A stretch of DNA of 64,000 nt, taken from assembly GCA_965215005.1 (NCBI GenBank), contig CBDCCZ010000003.1, positions 96,001-160,000 on the forward strand, given 5' to 3'. Both the position numbers and the translations under genes were made by a program. The DNA comes from Kofleriaceae bacterium (lineage in GTDB: Bacteria; Myxococcota_A; Polyangia; Haliangiales; Haliangiaceae). Every line of letters starts with the position of its first letter. Position 1 is the stretch's first letter. Under the pieces are notes generated by a model, which made no database searches, had not been told where the DNA came from, and was given only the letters and a program-made list of their open reading frames with translations. This document shows, in pieces, positions 39,482 to 49,609 of this stretch.

Positions 39482-40792
39482 CTACTTGGCGTAGAAGAAT
39501 CGGCCTAAATCGACATTTGGCTCGCGCCAGAGCCGGGTGTCTTCGGTAGCCGCGGCAGCGACGGCAGCCGGCACTTCGAGCCGGGCCGCCTTTAGCAGCG
39601 CGAGCACTCGCTTGGCGCCGATGACGTCGACGAGCACGCTCGGCGGCGCCCAATTGAACCCAAAGCCCATGATCCGATCGACGTCGCGCGGCGCCTGCAC
39701 AACCTCGCCCACGCGACACAGGCCATATGAGATGTATCCGAGGATCACGTTCCGCATCAGCTCGGCTTCGGGCCCTCGCGCCTCGGCGAAGATATCCATC
39801 GCGCGGTGATAGCGACCGACCCGGTGCTCCCGCTTCATGCGCGTGACGAATGCCGGCGGCTCGACCAGCATTTCCGCCGCGGGACGATAATCACCGCTGG
39901 CCGGGTCGAGCACGAACCGCGCGGCATCGGCTCCCTTGCCTTCTTTGCGATAGAACCCTCCCTGCTTGGGAGTCTTCTTGCCTAGATGACCTGCCGCAAT
40001 CAGCCGAGCCATGTAGTCTGGCAGCGAAAACGCGCCATGCGCCTCATCACTCGTATGTTGATACACATTGTCGACAATCGCCTGATGAACGTCCCAACCG
40101 ACAAAGTCGATGGTGAGCAAGGGCGGCATGGCCCGCCCCGTGTGCGGCCCGATGAGCATGTCCATGAACGCCACGCCGTGCTCCTGGGCGAGCTGCGCCA
40201 CTTCATTGAGCACCTTGAAGCCAACCCGATTGCCGGCAAACGCGGGGGTATCGGCGGTGCGAACGACCTCTCGCCCGAGGACTCCCTCTAGGAGCTCGAC
40301 GACCTCTGCGACGATGGCCGGATCGGTGGCCGCATGCGGAATGACCTCGCACCCCACGATGACGTTGGGCGGATTGAAGAGATGCATGCCGAGGAAGTGC
40401 GACTGAAAGCTCGTCGATGTTCCCTGCACCATCTGCGCAATCGATAGCCCCGACGATACCGTGGCGACGATCGAGTCGGGCTTGCGAACGGCGTCGATGC
40501 GGGCGAAGAACTCACGCTTGAGCTCGAGTCGCTCGGCAACTGCTTCGAAGATGAGGTCTGCGTTGGCGACCTCGCGCTCGAGATCCTCCGCGTAGGAGCC
40601 CACCGAGATGCAGTGGGCAACGGCCTCGGCCTTGGCTAGCGCCTGCGCGCGCTCCAGCCCTTGTTGCGCCTTGTCTCGGCTGCGCGCCAGGAACACGGTG
40701 GGGATGCCCGCGGCAGCGAAGAGTTCCCCGCTCCCCGCGCCCATTGCGCCGTTTGCTCCTAGCACCACGACTTTGCTGATACGCCGCGCCAT
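39482..40792 (-). CDS. 3-hydroxyacyl-CoA dehydrogenase family protein
   Basis: VLGANGAMG Rossmann motif, EAVAE...[28 protein letters not shown]. Confidence 0.88.
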   Translation of the reverse strand: MARRISKVVVLGANGAMGAGSGELFAAAGIPTVFLARSRDKAQQGLERAQALAKAEAVAHCISVGSYAEDLEREVANADLIFEAVAERLELKREFFARIDAVRKPDSIVATVSSGLSIAQMVQGTSTSFQSHFLGMHLFNPPNVIVGCEVIPHAATDPAIVAEVVELLEGVLGREVVRTADTPAFAGNRVGFKVLNEVAQLAQEHGVAFMDMLIGPHTGRAMPPLLTIDFVGWDVHQAIVDNVYQHTSDEAHGAFSLPDYMARLIAAGHLGKKTPKQGGFYRKEGKGADAARFVLDPASGDYRPAAEMLVEPPAFVTRMKREHRVGRYHRAMDIFAEARGPEAELMRNVILGYISYGLCRVGEVVQAPRDVDRIMGFGFNWAPPSVLVDVIGAKRVLALLKAARLEVPAAVAAAATEDTRLWREPNVDLGRFFYAK

Positions 40793-41061
40793 GATTTTCA
40801 AACTACGGGGCCTGACGCAGAGTGTCACCTGTAAATTTGTTTACTCTTCTCGCCCGCCAGCTGTAAACCGCGTTTGGGCGTTTCAGGAGCGCTTGCAGTG
40901 CCCCGTTTTCGCAGAGCTAATCCCCCAGGACAGCGCACCGGGAGAATTTACGAGAGCGAGCCTCTGCAAATTCGCGTCAGCTCCGGTGCTCCATTTCTGT
41001 AAATCTGTAAACAATGGTCAACGTGGTGTGCCGGAGACCGCGGTCTGCTATCACCGGCAGC

Positions 41062-41868
41062 ATGAAAACACTCACGGTTGCCCTATGCGGGGCCTTGCTA
41101 CTGGTCGCGGGCTGCCAAAAGGCGGGCGGCGACGCCGAGTCGAAGAAACGCGTCGAGGAGCTGAGCGCAAAGGTCGACGAGGTCGACGCTCGCTTGAAGA
41201 AGATCGAAACGATGATTCGCGAAGCGACCGAAGGCCCTGCGGAGCCCGATCCCGCCGCCACCTACGCGGTGCCCATTGAGGGAGATCCGTATCAAGGTGC
41301 CGAGGCCGCCAAGGTCACGGTGGTACAGGGCTTTGAGTTCGCTTGCCCGTTCTGCGCCCGCGTACATCCCACCGTTGCGCAACTGCTGAAGGATTACGAA
41401 GGAGACTTGAAAGTCGTCTCCAAGTACTACGTGGTTCACGATCAGGCAGTGCCAGCGGGATTGGCTGTCTGTGCCGCCGATCTGCAAGGCAAGTACGCCG
41501 AGATGGAGACCGCTATCTGGGAGAAGGCCTTCGCCGAACGCGACCTCAGCAGTGAGAAGCTCGAGAGCTTGGCCAAGAACCTCAAGCTCGACATGAAGAA
41601 GTTCAAAGCCGACATGGAGGGCGAGACCTGCGCAAGCTGGTTGCGAGAAAGCCAGGAAGAGCTTTCCCGCGTCGGCACCCGCGGAACCCCGGCGTTCTAC
41701 ATCAACGGTCGCTACATCTCCGGGGCGCAGCCACTAGAGGCCTTTAAGGCCGTCATCGATGAGGAATTGGCTGAGGCCAACGAAGCGATTGCGGCCGGCA
41801 CCCCGGTGGGGGCGTACTACCAGACTCACGTGCTCGACAAGGGTCTTAAAGAGTTCGCAGCCGAGTAA
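41062..41868 (+). CDS. DsbA-family thiol-disulfide oxidoreductase lipoprotein
   Basis: Lipobox VAGC, FEFACPFC, GTPAFYING...GAQP. Confidence 0.9.
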   Translation: MKTLTVALCGALLLVAGCQKAGGDAESKKRVEELSAKVDEVDARLKKIETMIREATEGPAEPDPAATYAVPIEGDPYQGAEAAKVTVVQGFEFACPFCARVHPTVAQLLKDYEGDLKVVSKYYVVHDQAVPAGLAVCAADLQGKYAEMETAIWEKAFAERDLSSEKLESLAKNLKLDMKKFKADMEGETCASWLRESQEELSRVGTRGTPAFYINGRYISGAQPLEAFKAVIDEELAEANEAIAAGTPVGAYYQTHVLDKGLKEFAAE

Positions 41869-41872
41869 GAGA

Positions 41873-41899
41873 GCGCGCCTCGACCGGCTCGGGGCGCGC
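41873..41899. terminator. Hairpin between the convergent dsbA-like and RDHR-repeat genes
   Basis: GCGCGCCTCGA-ccggc-TCGGGGCGCGC. Confidence 0.45.
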
Positions 41900-41909
41900 C
41901 CTGGGCCGG

Positions 41910-42611
41910 TCAATCGCCTTTATCGCGCCGCTTGTCGCGGACTCGGGACTTGTCGCGCCCACCGCGGTGATCACGCGGAGCCGGTTGGCTTGCGGGTGCT
42001 CGCTGCTGGCGAGTGGCCGGCGGCGGCGCGCGATGATCGCGAGACCCTGGCGCGCGATGATCGCGAGACGCTGGCGCGCGATGATCGCGAGACGCTGGCG
42101 GCGATGCGCGATGGTCGCGAGACCCTGGCGCGCGATGGTCGCGAGACCCTGGCGCGCGATGGTCGCGGGACGCTGGCGCGCGATGATCGCGAGACGCTGG
42201 CGGCGACCGGTGATCCCGCACCGCCGGACCACGCTGACGATCAACCGATCGGCCGCGATCGTTGCGCCGATGGTCACGCACCGCCGGCCCGCGCTGCACG
42301 CTCCCGCGACCACGATAGCGGACATAGGTCCGCGGATTGTCGACGCGCCGAACCGCGACCGGCACCGAGCGCGCGCGGGTCCACCCGCCGTAATGCACGC
42401 TCGAGCGATACCAAAGGCCGTTGTGGTACCTCCAGTAATAGCTATCCGAGTAGAAAACCGGCTCGTCGTGGTCGTAAACCACCTGAACGCCCGGGCGAAC
42501 GTACACCAGCTCCGGCGCTGTCGAGCGCGCGCGGACTTGACCGCGGACGACGCAACCGCTGGTGAGGGCGGCGGTTGCGAGGACAAACGTAATCAAAAGA
42601 ATTCGTCTCAT
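41910..42611 (-). CDS. Lipoprotein with a Tyr/Trp-rich domain and ten RDHR repeats
   Basis: Lipobox TSGC; VFY....YW.Y..G.WY.S..Y.GGW; RDHRAP(A/G)S 24-bp repeats; AAGGAG RBS. Confidence 0.8.
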   Translation of the reverse strand: MRRILLITFVLATAALTSGCVVRGQVRARSTAPELVYVRPGVQVVYDHDEPVFYSDSYYWRYHNGLWYRSSVHYGGWTRARSVPVAVRRVDNPRTYVRYRGRGSVQRGPAVRDHRRNDRGRSVDRQRGPAVRDHRSPPASRDHRAPASRDHRAPGSRDHRAPGSRDHRASPPASRDHRAPASRDHRAPGSRDHRAPPPATRQQRAPASQPAPRDHRGGRDKSRVRDKRRDKGD

Positions 42612-42637
42612 ACGTGACTCCTTGGCTCGACAAGACT

Positions 42638-42653
42638 AGCAAGTGCTCCGCCA
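42638..42653 (-). promoter_or_regulatory. Putative sigma54 promoter of the RDHR-repeat gene
   Basis: TGGCGGAGCACTTGCT (GG-N10-GC with TTGCT), followed by RBS and ATG. Confidence 0.6.
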
Positions 42654-42887
42654 AGCTCCACCTCCAGCAAGTCCGCGAACCCTCGCGAGCTTGCTGTGGT
42701 GATAGCGCGTCGCTGTATCCGAAGGTTCGCAGCAACTAGAGCGACCTGCGACAGAGGCAGGCTTGTCCAGAGTAGCAGCGCTACCAGCCGCGGTAGCAGC
42801 GGAATCGACGGACGCTGCGCGCCGGCCATTCAATGCAGCCGCGGCACCTACATGCAGCCACGCAATGCTGCGGCGCAGGTCGAGCGG

Positions 42888-43157
42888 CTACGTGGGCGGC
42901 GCAGGAGTGCGAGTTTCGAGACTGTCTACGGCATGAACCGGGGCATCGCCGCCCTCCATGAGATGCGCGATCGACGTAAGCACGAGGCGGTGACGCGCGA
43001 GCATTGCTTTGCCTTCGAACTGAGCCGAGGTGACCTCGATTCGATAGTGCCCGCCGCCACCTTCGACCGAGACGGTGGCATCGGCTAGTGTCTTGTGAAT
43101 GGCATCGCGAATGGCGTCTGGAATGGAGCCTTGAAAGCTGGTTGGATGGCTGCTCAT
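42888..43157 (-). CDS. bolA: BolA/IbaG family protein
   Basis: GGGHY.I.V.S..FEGK..L.RHRLV...I......VHA. Confidence 0.88.
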   Translation of the reverse strand: MSSHPTSFQGSIPDAIRDAIHKTLADATVSVEGGGGHYRIEVTSAQFEGKAMLARHRLVLTSIAHLMEGGDAPVHAVDSLETRTPAPPT

Positions 43158-44208
43158 GGCCGGCGTTATACATCGACCTGAACAGCTCGGCTGGAGCGAG
43201 CACTTTGCTCGCGCGTTTGCGGCGCTTGGCGATGACGCGCTGATCGTAGGCCGCGTGGCGGTGATCGAGCGCGGCGCCTATCAGCTGCTCACCGCTGAAG
43301 GGCCGCGGTGGGCCCGCCTGCCGACTCGCTTCGCGCGTGGAGTGAGCGATGCCGCCGAGCTGCCGGCGGTGGGAGATTGGCTGGTGGTGCAGCGCGAGCA
43401 TGGGGAGCTAGTGGCGCACACGGTGTTGCCGCGACGAACATTTCTCGTGCGTCGCGCCGCCGGGCGCCGCGCCATGCCGCAAGCGGTGTGCGCCAACGTC
43501 GACACCATCTTCATCGTCACCGCAATTGGCCCCGACTTGAGTCAGCGACGCCTCGAACGCTACGTCGCCGCGATACGCGATGGCGGCGCCCTGCCGGTCA
43601 TTCTGCTCAACAAAACCGACTTGGCGACCGCGCTAGACGCCGCGCTCGACGCCGCTCGCGCCGCGGCTCCGGGCATCGAGGTCATTGCCTGCTCGGCTCA
43701 CAGCGACCCAACGTTGGCGCCGCTCGAGCCGTTTCTCATCAGCGGCCACACCGTCGCCTTCGTCGGCTCTTCCGGGGTTGGCAAATCGACTCTGATCAAC
43801 CGAATCCTCGGCGAGCAGCGTCAAGCCACGGCCGAGGTCCGCGCCAGCGATGACAAAGGCCGGCACACCACCACCCGACGTGAGCTGCTGGTAGCGCCAA
43901 ATGGAGCGATCATCATAGATACGCCCGGCATGCGCGAGCTCGGCTTGTGGAATGCGATGCGCGGGGTGGAGTTGGCCTTTCCCGAGGTGGATGCCATCGC
44001 CCAGAACTGCCGCTTTCGCGACTGCCGACACCTCGAGGAACCAGGCTGCGCTGTCGTCGGTGCGCTGGCGGCCGGAACGTTGGACGCGGCACGGGTGCAG
44101 AGCTGGCGCGTGCTCGCGGGCGAGCAAAGCGGCGCGCCATCCTCACGTGCAGCTCGCGCGCGCGAGTGCAGAACGAGTGCTCGCCGCCACAAGCCAAACA
44201 ATCGCTAG
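43156..44208 (+). CDS. rsgA: Ribosome small subunit-dependent GTPase A
   Basis: Circularly permuted NKTD, GSSGVGKS, GRHTT, DTPG; CRFRDCRH..EPGC zinc finger. Confidence 0.94.
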   Translation: MAGVIHRPEQLGWSEHFARAFAALGDDALIVGRVAVIERGAYQLLTAEGPRWARLPTRFARGVSDAAELPAVGDWLVVQREHGELVAHTVLPRRTFLVRRAAGRRAMPQAVCANVDTIFIVTAIGPDLSQRRLERYVAAIRDGGALPVILLNKTDLATALDAALDAARAAAPGIEVIACSAHSDPTLAPLEPFLISGHTVAFVGSSGVGKSTLINRILGEQRQATAEVRASDDKGRHTTTRRELLVAPNGAIIIDTPGMRELGLWNAMRGVELAFPEVDAIAQNCRFRDCRHLEEPGCAVVGALAAGTLDAARVQSWRVLAGEQSGAPSSRAARARECRTSARRHKPNNR

Positions 44209-44420
44209 CGCTTCTTCCTAAGGGTCGCGGTAGGTACGACCCTCGAGGCCGCCCCGCACAGATCCGAGTGGGACTGCGAGTCAGCCGGGGCTCGTCTCTC
44301 CGGGTGCTGGCGATTGAACCCAGCTCGAGGAACTCGAAGCTGCACGGCTTGGACGCGCACGCGACGAAGCGATATTGCCGAGGCGTCTGTTCTCGCCGTC
44401 TTGAAGCGCCCAATCTGCAC

Positions 44421-44436
44421 TGGCATAACCGCTGCA
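44421..44436 (+). promoter_or_regulatory. Putative sigma54 promoter
   Basis: TGGCATAACCGCTGCA upstream of ATG 44453. Confidence 0.5.
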
Positions 44437-44452
44437 CTCAGGCGCAGACACG

Positions 44453-46030
44453 ATGACGACCAACCGTTTACTGACGATGCTGGTTTGCTCTCTCTTCCTT
44501 GTCGGCTGTGCCGAGCTTGATGCCGAGACGACACGATCTTCCGGCGATCCCGACGGTGACCTCGTGGACGACTCGGCGGCGATCACGCCAACGTTTCGCG
44601 TTGCCGAGCGCAGCCTTTTGATCCGCGATCCGGTAGTCGTCAACAGCGAACGCTTCAAGAGCGCGACTGACTTCGGCTACCTGCTTGCCGTCCTCAACGA
44701 CTACGTTCGCACGCTGCCCGGGCAACAGAACCGCTCGCGCCCGGCGGGCACGTTCATTACGCGCATATTCGACGAGGCGATCAACGAAAACGCGGAACAC
44801 GAAGCGCTACCGGCTGCGAAGAAGCTCGGTGGAGATCCGCTTCACGGTCCGTTCGAGCGAACGATGGAGGCGGTTTACCGAAATTGGGCGTCAAGGTCGG
44901 AGCTCGAGTTGTTGCGCGATCCCGACGACCTTCGGGGTGGTCCTTTTCGATTGCTTGCTATCGTAAATCGCCTCGACCTTGCCGGGGATATTGACGATCG
45001 CGGTAATAGTGAAGCGGCTGCCGAGCCACGAGCTCTGGGAGAGGTTCACCTGGTCTATGGACTGATCGACGCCGAGTACGAAGAACAGACGGGACAGCCC
45101 TTCCCAATGACGTTCGTGCAGGCGTACCGAATCCCAGCTCGCTCGGGCGCGTCTCAGTGGGACATGATTCGGGATCGGGCCTTGTGGCAAACCGAGATGC
45201 AACAGTGGGCCCGGGACTGGTCTGCACTGTCGGGGCACGAAAAGCACACCCAGGCGTACCAGGACCGGCTCGAGGCCATTCTCGACCCCGTGCTTCAGCC
45301 GGAAAACTTCATCGGTTTGCGCAGCAATACACAGATCAACGAAGAAGAGTTCGAGCTTCGGTCGTGGTACGTCATCCAGACCCGGCAGAACCTAATCAAG
45401 CGCAAGCCTCGGCGCGAGCCATACCGCTGTTTATCGGGCTCGCGCGAGCTCGGCGATCTCGTGAACCACTTCTGGAATCCGTCGTATCGAGATCTCGACG
45501 TCACGACGCTGGCCAATATGGACCCGCTATTGGACGGCGCCAACGGCTTCACGGTGGTGCGTACGAACGTTCAGTTCGGCCGCATCCTTTACCCCGTAGA
45601 GTCCGGGTGGTCTAGTTGCGCGAACAGTGAAGCCGACCGCCCGTTCTTGATGGAGCAGATCGGCGGCAACAACACAGATCCCGACAATCGCCTCATGGTA
45701 GCCCCGGTTGCGCGTTTCAGCTTGCCCGGGGAGATCTGGCAGACCGGTACGTACGAGCGGCGGCGTCACGCCTTCGCAATTCGCACGTGCTCTGGATGCC
45801 ACTCTCAGGAAGGAGCCGCCCAAGGGTTTCATGTGAGCCCGGCGCTGGCCAATGAGCCCGCGGGTCTCTCACCCTACCTGCGCGGCGCCGGCCAAAACAC
45901 CTTCACCTACGCGGGCACAACGTACGAGTACAGCATACTTCGTGCTCGTGAGCAGTGGCTCGACCAGGCCGCAGACGGTACGGCAGTGCTGTTCGATTCG
46001 CTGAAGCGACCAGAGCTGCGAGACCTGTAA
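44453..46030 (+). CDS. Large hypothetical lipoprotein with a single C-terminal CxxCH motif
   Basis: Lipobox LVGC; PFRLLAIVNRLDL; RH.FA..TCSGCH. Confidence 0.7.
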   Translation: MTTNRLLTMLVCSLFLVGCAELDAETTRSSGDPDGDLVDDSAAITPTFRVAERSLLIRDPVVVNSERFKSATDFGYLLAVLNDYVRTLPGQQNRSRPAGTFITRIFDEAINENAEHEALPAAKKLGGDPLHGPFERTMEAVYRNWASRSELELLRDPDDLRGGPFRLLAIVNRLDLAGDIDDRGNSEAAAEPRALGEVHLVYGLIDAEYEEQTGQPFPMTFVQAYRIPARSGASQWDMIRDRALWQTEMQQWARDWSALSGHEKHTQAYQDRLEAILDPVLQPENFIGLRSNTQINEEEFELRSWYVIQTRQNLIKRKPRREPYRCLSGSRELGDLVNHFWNPSYRDLDVTTLANMDPLLDGANGFTVVRTNVQFGRILYPVESGWSSCANSEADRPFLMEQIGGNNTDPDNRLMVAPVARFSLPGEIWQTGTYERRRHAFAIRTCSGCHSQEGAAQGFHVSPALANEPAGLSPYLRGAGQNTFTYAGTTYEYSILRAREQWLDQAADGTAVLFDSLKRPELRDL

Positions 46031-46155
46031 TTAACCGTTCACGCGGGTCGCCGCCCACCGCCACTCATAACGTAGATCATGCGTCACTTCCGCGCGTCGG
46101 TCCCCCGACGTCGCGGAAAGCGAGGGACGAGAACGGTGACTCTGCCGCTCGCTGA

Positions 46156-47712
46156 TCAAACCTCGTGGTCGCTGCCGGCATCGTCGTGGTAGATGAGCTT
46201 GTATACGTCTTGGCGGCGATCCATCCACGGCCGCACCGTGCCGTTCCGCAGCGTTCGCTGCAGGGTCTCGAGATCGAGATCGTGCAGCAGCATCGTCTCG
46301 ACGTTGGGCGTTGCCTCAGAAGCCACTCCATCGCGAGCGAACGGAATGTCCGAAGGGGTTAGGATGCATGCTTGGGCGTAGTGAATGTCGGCACCCTCGA
46401 CGAACGGCAAGTTGCCCACCGCGCCGCTCAGCACGCAGTAGACGTGATTCTCGATGCAACGCGCCTGCGCGCAGGAGCGCACGCGAAGATGCCCGGAGCG
46501 GATGTCGGTGTTGTAAGGAACGAAGATGATGTTGGCGCCCTGCGCACGGGCGATGCGCGCGAGCTCGGGAAACTCGATGTCGTAACAGATGCAAATCGCG
46601 ATCTTGCCGCGATCGGTGTCGAAGACGTGCAGGCGATCTCCCGGATTCACGCCCCACCAGCGCGACTCCGACGGCGTGATGTGAATCTTGTACTGCTTGT
46701 CCATGCTGCCGTCGCGACGGAACAAGTAAGCGATGTTGTAAAGCGTGTCGTTCTCGACCGTGAGGTGTGTACCAGCAATGATGTTGACGCTGTACTTGAG
46801 CGCCATGTGACCAAAGAAGTCGACGTACTGCTGGGTGAACTTGTGCAAGAGCCGCGCGCTCTGTTCGGGTCGCGCGGCTGGGACCAGCGATAGAAGCTGG
46901 TTGGTCAGCAGCTCCGGGTAGAGAAGGAAATCGCAGCGATACTCGGCGGCGGTATCCGTGAAGAACTCGCACTGGGTGGCGAACTCATCAAAGCTGGCGA
47001 TCGAGCGCATCTGGTACTGCACCGTCGCTACGCGCACGCGGCGCGGCGGCAATGATCGCCGGTTAGGCGGCGAGTACGAAGGATTGAGCCACTCCATCAG
47101 CGCCGCGTGACCGCGCGACTCCTTATCGGCCGACAAATAGTTGCGCAGCACTCGGCGAATGGCGAAGCCATTGGCGAGCTGCGCGCGAATGACGTTGTCG
47201 CGAATGTGCTTGGCCTGCACCTCTTGCACATACTCTTCACCGCTCATCGACTCCGGCTGGCGATGGAACTCGGGCATGCGGCCCGCGATGAGGATGCCGC
47301 GCAAGTTGCGCGCCCGTACCAGATCTTTCCGCGCCTCATAAAGGCGACGCGCCAGCCGATAGCCGCGATAGCGCGGATGCACCGCGATGTCGATGCCATA
47401 GAGCGAGTCGCCCTCGGGCACGTGGGTGCCGAGATAGCCATCATCGGAAACCTGCACGAACGTGTGATCGGCGCGATAGTCATCACCATCGACGATGAGG
47501 CTCGAGGACGTCGCGACGAGCTTGCCATCGAGCTCGACCCCGAGCTGACCCTCGGGAAACCGCTCGATCTGTTTCTCGAGCTGATCGCGAGCCCACGGCT
47601 CAATATTAGGAAAACACTGACGCTGCAGCTCTTGTACGGCACGAATGTCCGATTTCTGCAGCGAGCGTACGACGAGTCGGTTGTTGCGCGAGGGCCGCGT
47701 CTTGGCTCCCAT
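46156..47712 (-). CDS. Bifunctional GNAT acetyltransferase / carbon-nitrogen hydrolase
   Basis: VHPRYRGYRLARRLY acetyl-CoA motif; nitrilase triad YPEL, QYKIH, ICYDIEFPE. Confidence 0.92.
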   Translation of the reverse strand: MGAKTRPSRNNRLVVRSLQKSDIRAVQELQRQCFPNIEPWARDQLEKQIERFPEGQLGVELDGKLVATSSSLIVDGDDYRADHTFVQVSDDGYLGTHVPEGDSLYGIDIAVHPRYRGYRLARRLYEARKDLVRARNLRGILIAGRMPEFHRQPESMSGEEYVQEVQAKHIRDNVIRAQLANGFAIRRVLRNYLSADKESRGHAALMEWLNPSYSPPNRRSLPPRRVRVATVQYQMRSIASFDEFATQCEFFTDTAAEYRCDFLLYPELLTNQLLSLVPAARPEQSARLLHKFTQQYVDFFGHMALKYSVNIIAGTHLTVENDTLYNIAYLFRRDGSMDKQYKIHITPSESRWWGVNPGDRLHVFDTDRGKIAICICYDIEFPELARIARAQGANIIFVPYNTDIRSGHLRVRSCAQARCIENHVYCVLSGAVGNLPFVEGADIHYAQACILTPSDIPFARDGVASEATPNVETMLLHDLDLETLQRTLRNGTVRPWMDRRQDVYKLIYHDDAGSDHEV

Positions 47713-47826
47713 GCGCCGACGGTGCCGCATCGGTTGCCGATTCGCAAGGCTTGCACCTCGCACACAGCGGCGTGGCTTCGACATGTGCACCCGCCAAGTA
47801 GGTTCACAGTCGCCGTGAACATAGGA

Positions 47827-47926
47827 GCCGCGGGATTCGTGACGCACAAATCCGCCGCCCCGATGCGGGGCAAGGACGGCAGATTTCTGCTACTCACACG
47901 CCCCTTCGGCGTCTCCCCAAGCGATT
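47827..47926 (-). repeat. Dispersed ~100-bp hairpin element, copy 2 (inverted relative to copy 1)
   Basis: Reverse complement aligns with 33996-34097 with few differences. Confidence 0.85.
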
Positions 47927-48049
47927 GGGGCGTTTCTAGGGGTTCACGACGTCCGCCGTGAGCCCCTAGGAGCTGGCGAGTTTCGAGTATCATTCGCCCC
48001 GATCGGTTTTTCTAGGTCGTCTTTGTTGTCGCCTCCGCCGCCACCTGTC

Positions 48050-49423
48050 ATGCCCTCACGCCGGATCATTGGGCAGCTCTTCGACTTAGCCGCGCCGATC
48101 ATCGGGCTCAACGTTCTCAACGTTCTGTCGCTCGCGGTTGACACCGCGATGGTCGGTCGACTGCCGCACGCCGAGGTCGAGCTCACCGCCCTCGGATTCG
48201 CTACCCAGCTCATTTTCTTGCTCCTGGTCGCGATGATGGGCCTCACCGTAGGCACGGTGGCGCTCATCTCGCGGGCCCACGGCGGCGGCGACTCGCAACG
48301 CGTCAACCACGTGATGGTGCAGTCGACGCAGCTCACTGCGATCATTGGCGTGGTGGTCGGCATTCTCGGCGTCGTGCTCGCCGAGTGGCTTCTCCGCGGG
48401 CTCGGTGCCTCCGGCGCCGCGGTCAGCGCCGGCGTCGACTATCTGCGCCCACTATTTGCGGGCACCATTTTCTACTACTTGACCATCCTCTACGGCGGGG
48501 TGCTGCGCGGCGTTGGCAACACCCGATTGCCCTTCCTCGTGGCGTTGGTAGCAAACCTCGTCAACTTCGTTCTCAACTACCTGCTCATCCTCGGCAACGC
48601 TGGATTTCCGCAGCTCGGCGTCCGCGGCGCCGCCATCGGCACCGTCGCCTCGCAGGCGGTGGGCGCCGCCATCCTCATGTACATCCTGTCGCGCGGCAGC
48701 GTCGCCGGGCTGCGCTTGCCGCTGCGGCTCGCGCGCATCGATGCTCGACTCGCGCGGCAGCTGTTTCGCGTCGGCTGGCCTGCCGCGCTCGACATGTTGA
48801 TTCTCAACGCAGGATTTCTCACCATCATCGGGCTACTCGGCCGCATCGATCAGGTTGCCGTCGCCGCTCACGGCATTGGACTCCGCATCCAAGGGCTGGC
48901 CTTCGTTCCTGGGCTTAGCGTCTCGCAAGCAACCGGGGCGATGGTCGGCAATGCGCTCGGCGCCGGCGACCGCGAGCGCGCGCGGCAAGTGGTGCGCGCT
49001 TCGGTGCTGCTCTGCGCGGTCATCATGACGAGCTTGGCCATCGCGATCATCGTCGCTGCGCATCCCATCGTCGGAATCTTCGATGTCGCGGCTGGCAGCG
49101 AGCTCGAGCGCTACTCGGTGATGTGGATGCGCCTGCTCGGCTACGCGATGCCCATCGTCGGTGTTCACATCGCGTTCATCGGCATGATGCAAGGCTCCGG
49201 CGCGACGGGGACCAGCCTGAGTATCAATGCTGCGTCGACGCTCCTGGTGCAGATTCCGCTAGGCGCGCTACTTGGTTTCACCCTCGATCTCGGTGCGTTT
49301 GGCGTATGGCTGAGCTTTCCAATCGCCTTCGTCCTCAAGGTGATCCTCTCGACGATCGTCTATAAGCGCGGACGCTGGGCAACGGTCGGTGTCGGGGCTC
49401 GCGCTAGCAGTCACGGTTTCTAA
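48050..49423 (+). CDS. MATE family efflux transporter
   Basis: VDTAMVGRL, LRGVGNTRLP, LGVRGAAIGT, VAAHGIG, VGNALGAG; about 12 TM. Confidence 0.93.
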   Translation: MPSRRIIGQLFDLAAPIIGLNVLNVLSLAVDTAMVGRLPHAEVELTALGFATQLIFLLLVAMMGLTVGTVALISRAHGGGDSQRVNHVMVQSTQLTAIIGVVVGILGVVLAEWLLRGLGASGAAVSAGVDYLRPLFAGTIFYYLTILYGGVLRGVGNTRLPFLVALVANLVNFVLNYLLILGNAGFPQLGVRGAAIGTVASQAVGAAILMYILSRGSVAGLRLPLRLARIDARLARQLFRVGWPAALDMLILNAGFLTIIGLLGRIDQVAVAAHGIGLRIQGLAFVPGLSVSQATGAMVGNALGAGDRERARQVVRASVLLCAVIMTSLAIAIIVAAHPIVGIFDVAAGSELERYSVMWMRLLGYAMPIVGVHIAFIGMMQGSGATGTSLSINAASTLLVQIPLGALLGFTLDLGAFGVWLSFPIAFVLKVILSTIVYKRGRWATVGVGARASSHGF

Positions 49424-49580
49424 GCCGCGCGTTGGTGACCACAAGAAGCCGCACACCAGTGGCAGCTAGCCGAGCCACCGACAATCCATTGTTCCCGCGC
49501 GGGGAGCGCTAAATCCGCGCCGCGCGCCTCGCTCCGTAAGCACCACCACGTTGATAACGCGCGCGCGCCGCCAGCATCAC

Positions 49581-49596
49581 TGGCTCGAAAGTTGCT
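49581..49596 (+). promoter_or_regulatory. Putative sigma54 promoter
   Basis: TGGCTCGAAAGTTGCT upstream of ATG 49610. Confidence 0.55.
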
Positions 49597-49609
49597 CCTC
49601 GGAGCCGTC

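Noticed and set aside
42020..42230. 24-bp DNA repeats as CRISPR or a non-coding VNTR
   Set aside because: They are in-frame coding repeats of the RDHR lipoprotein.
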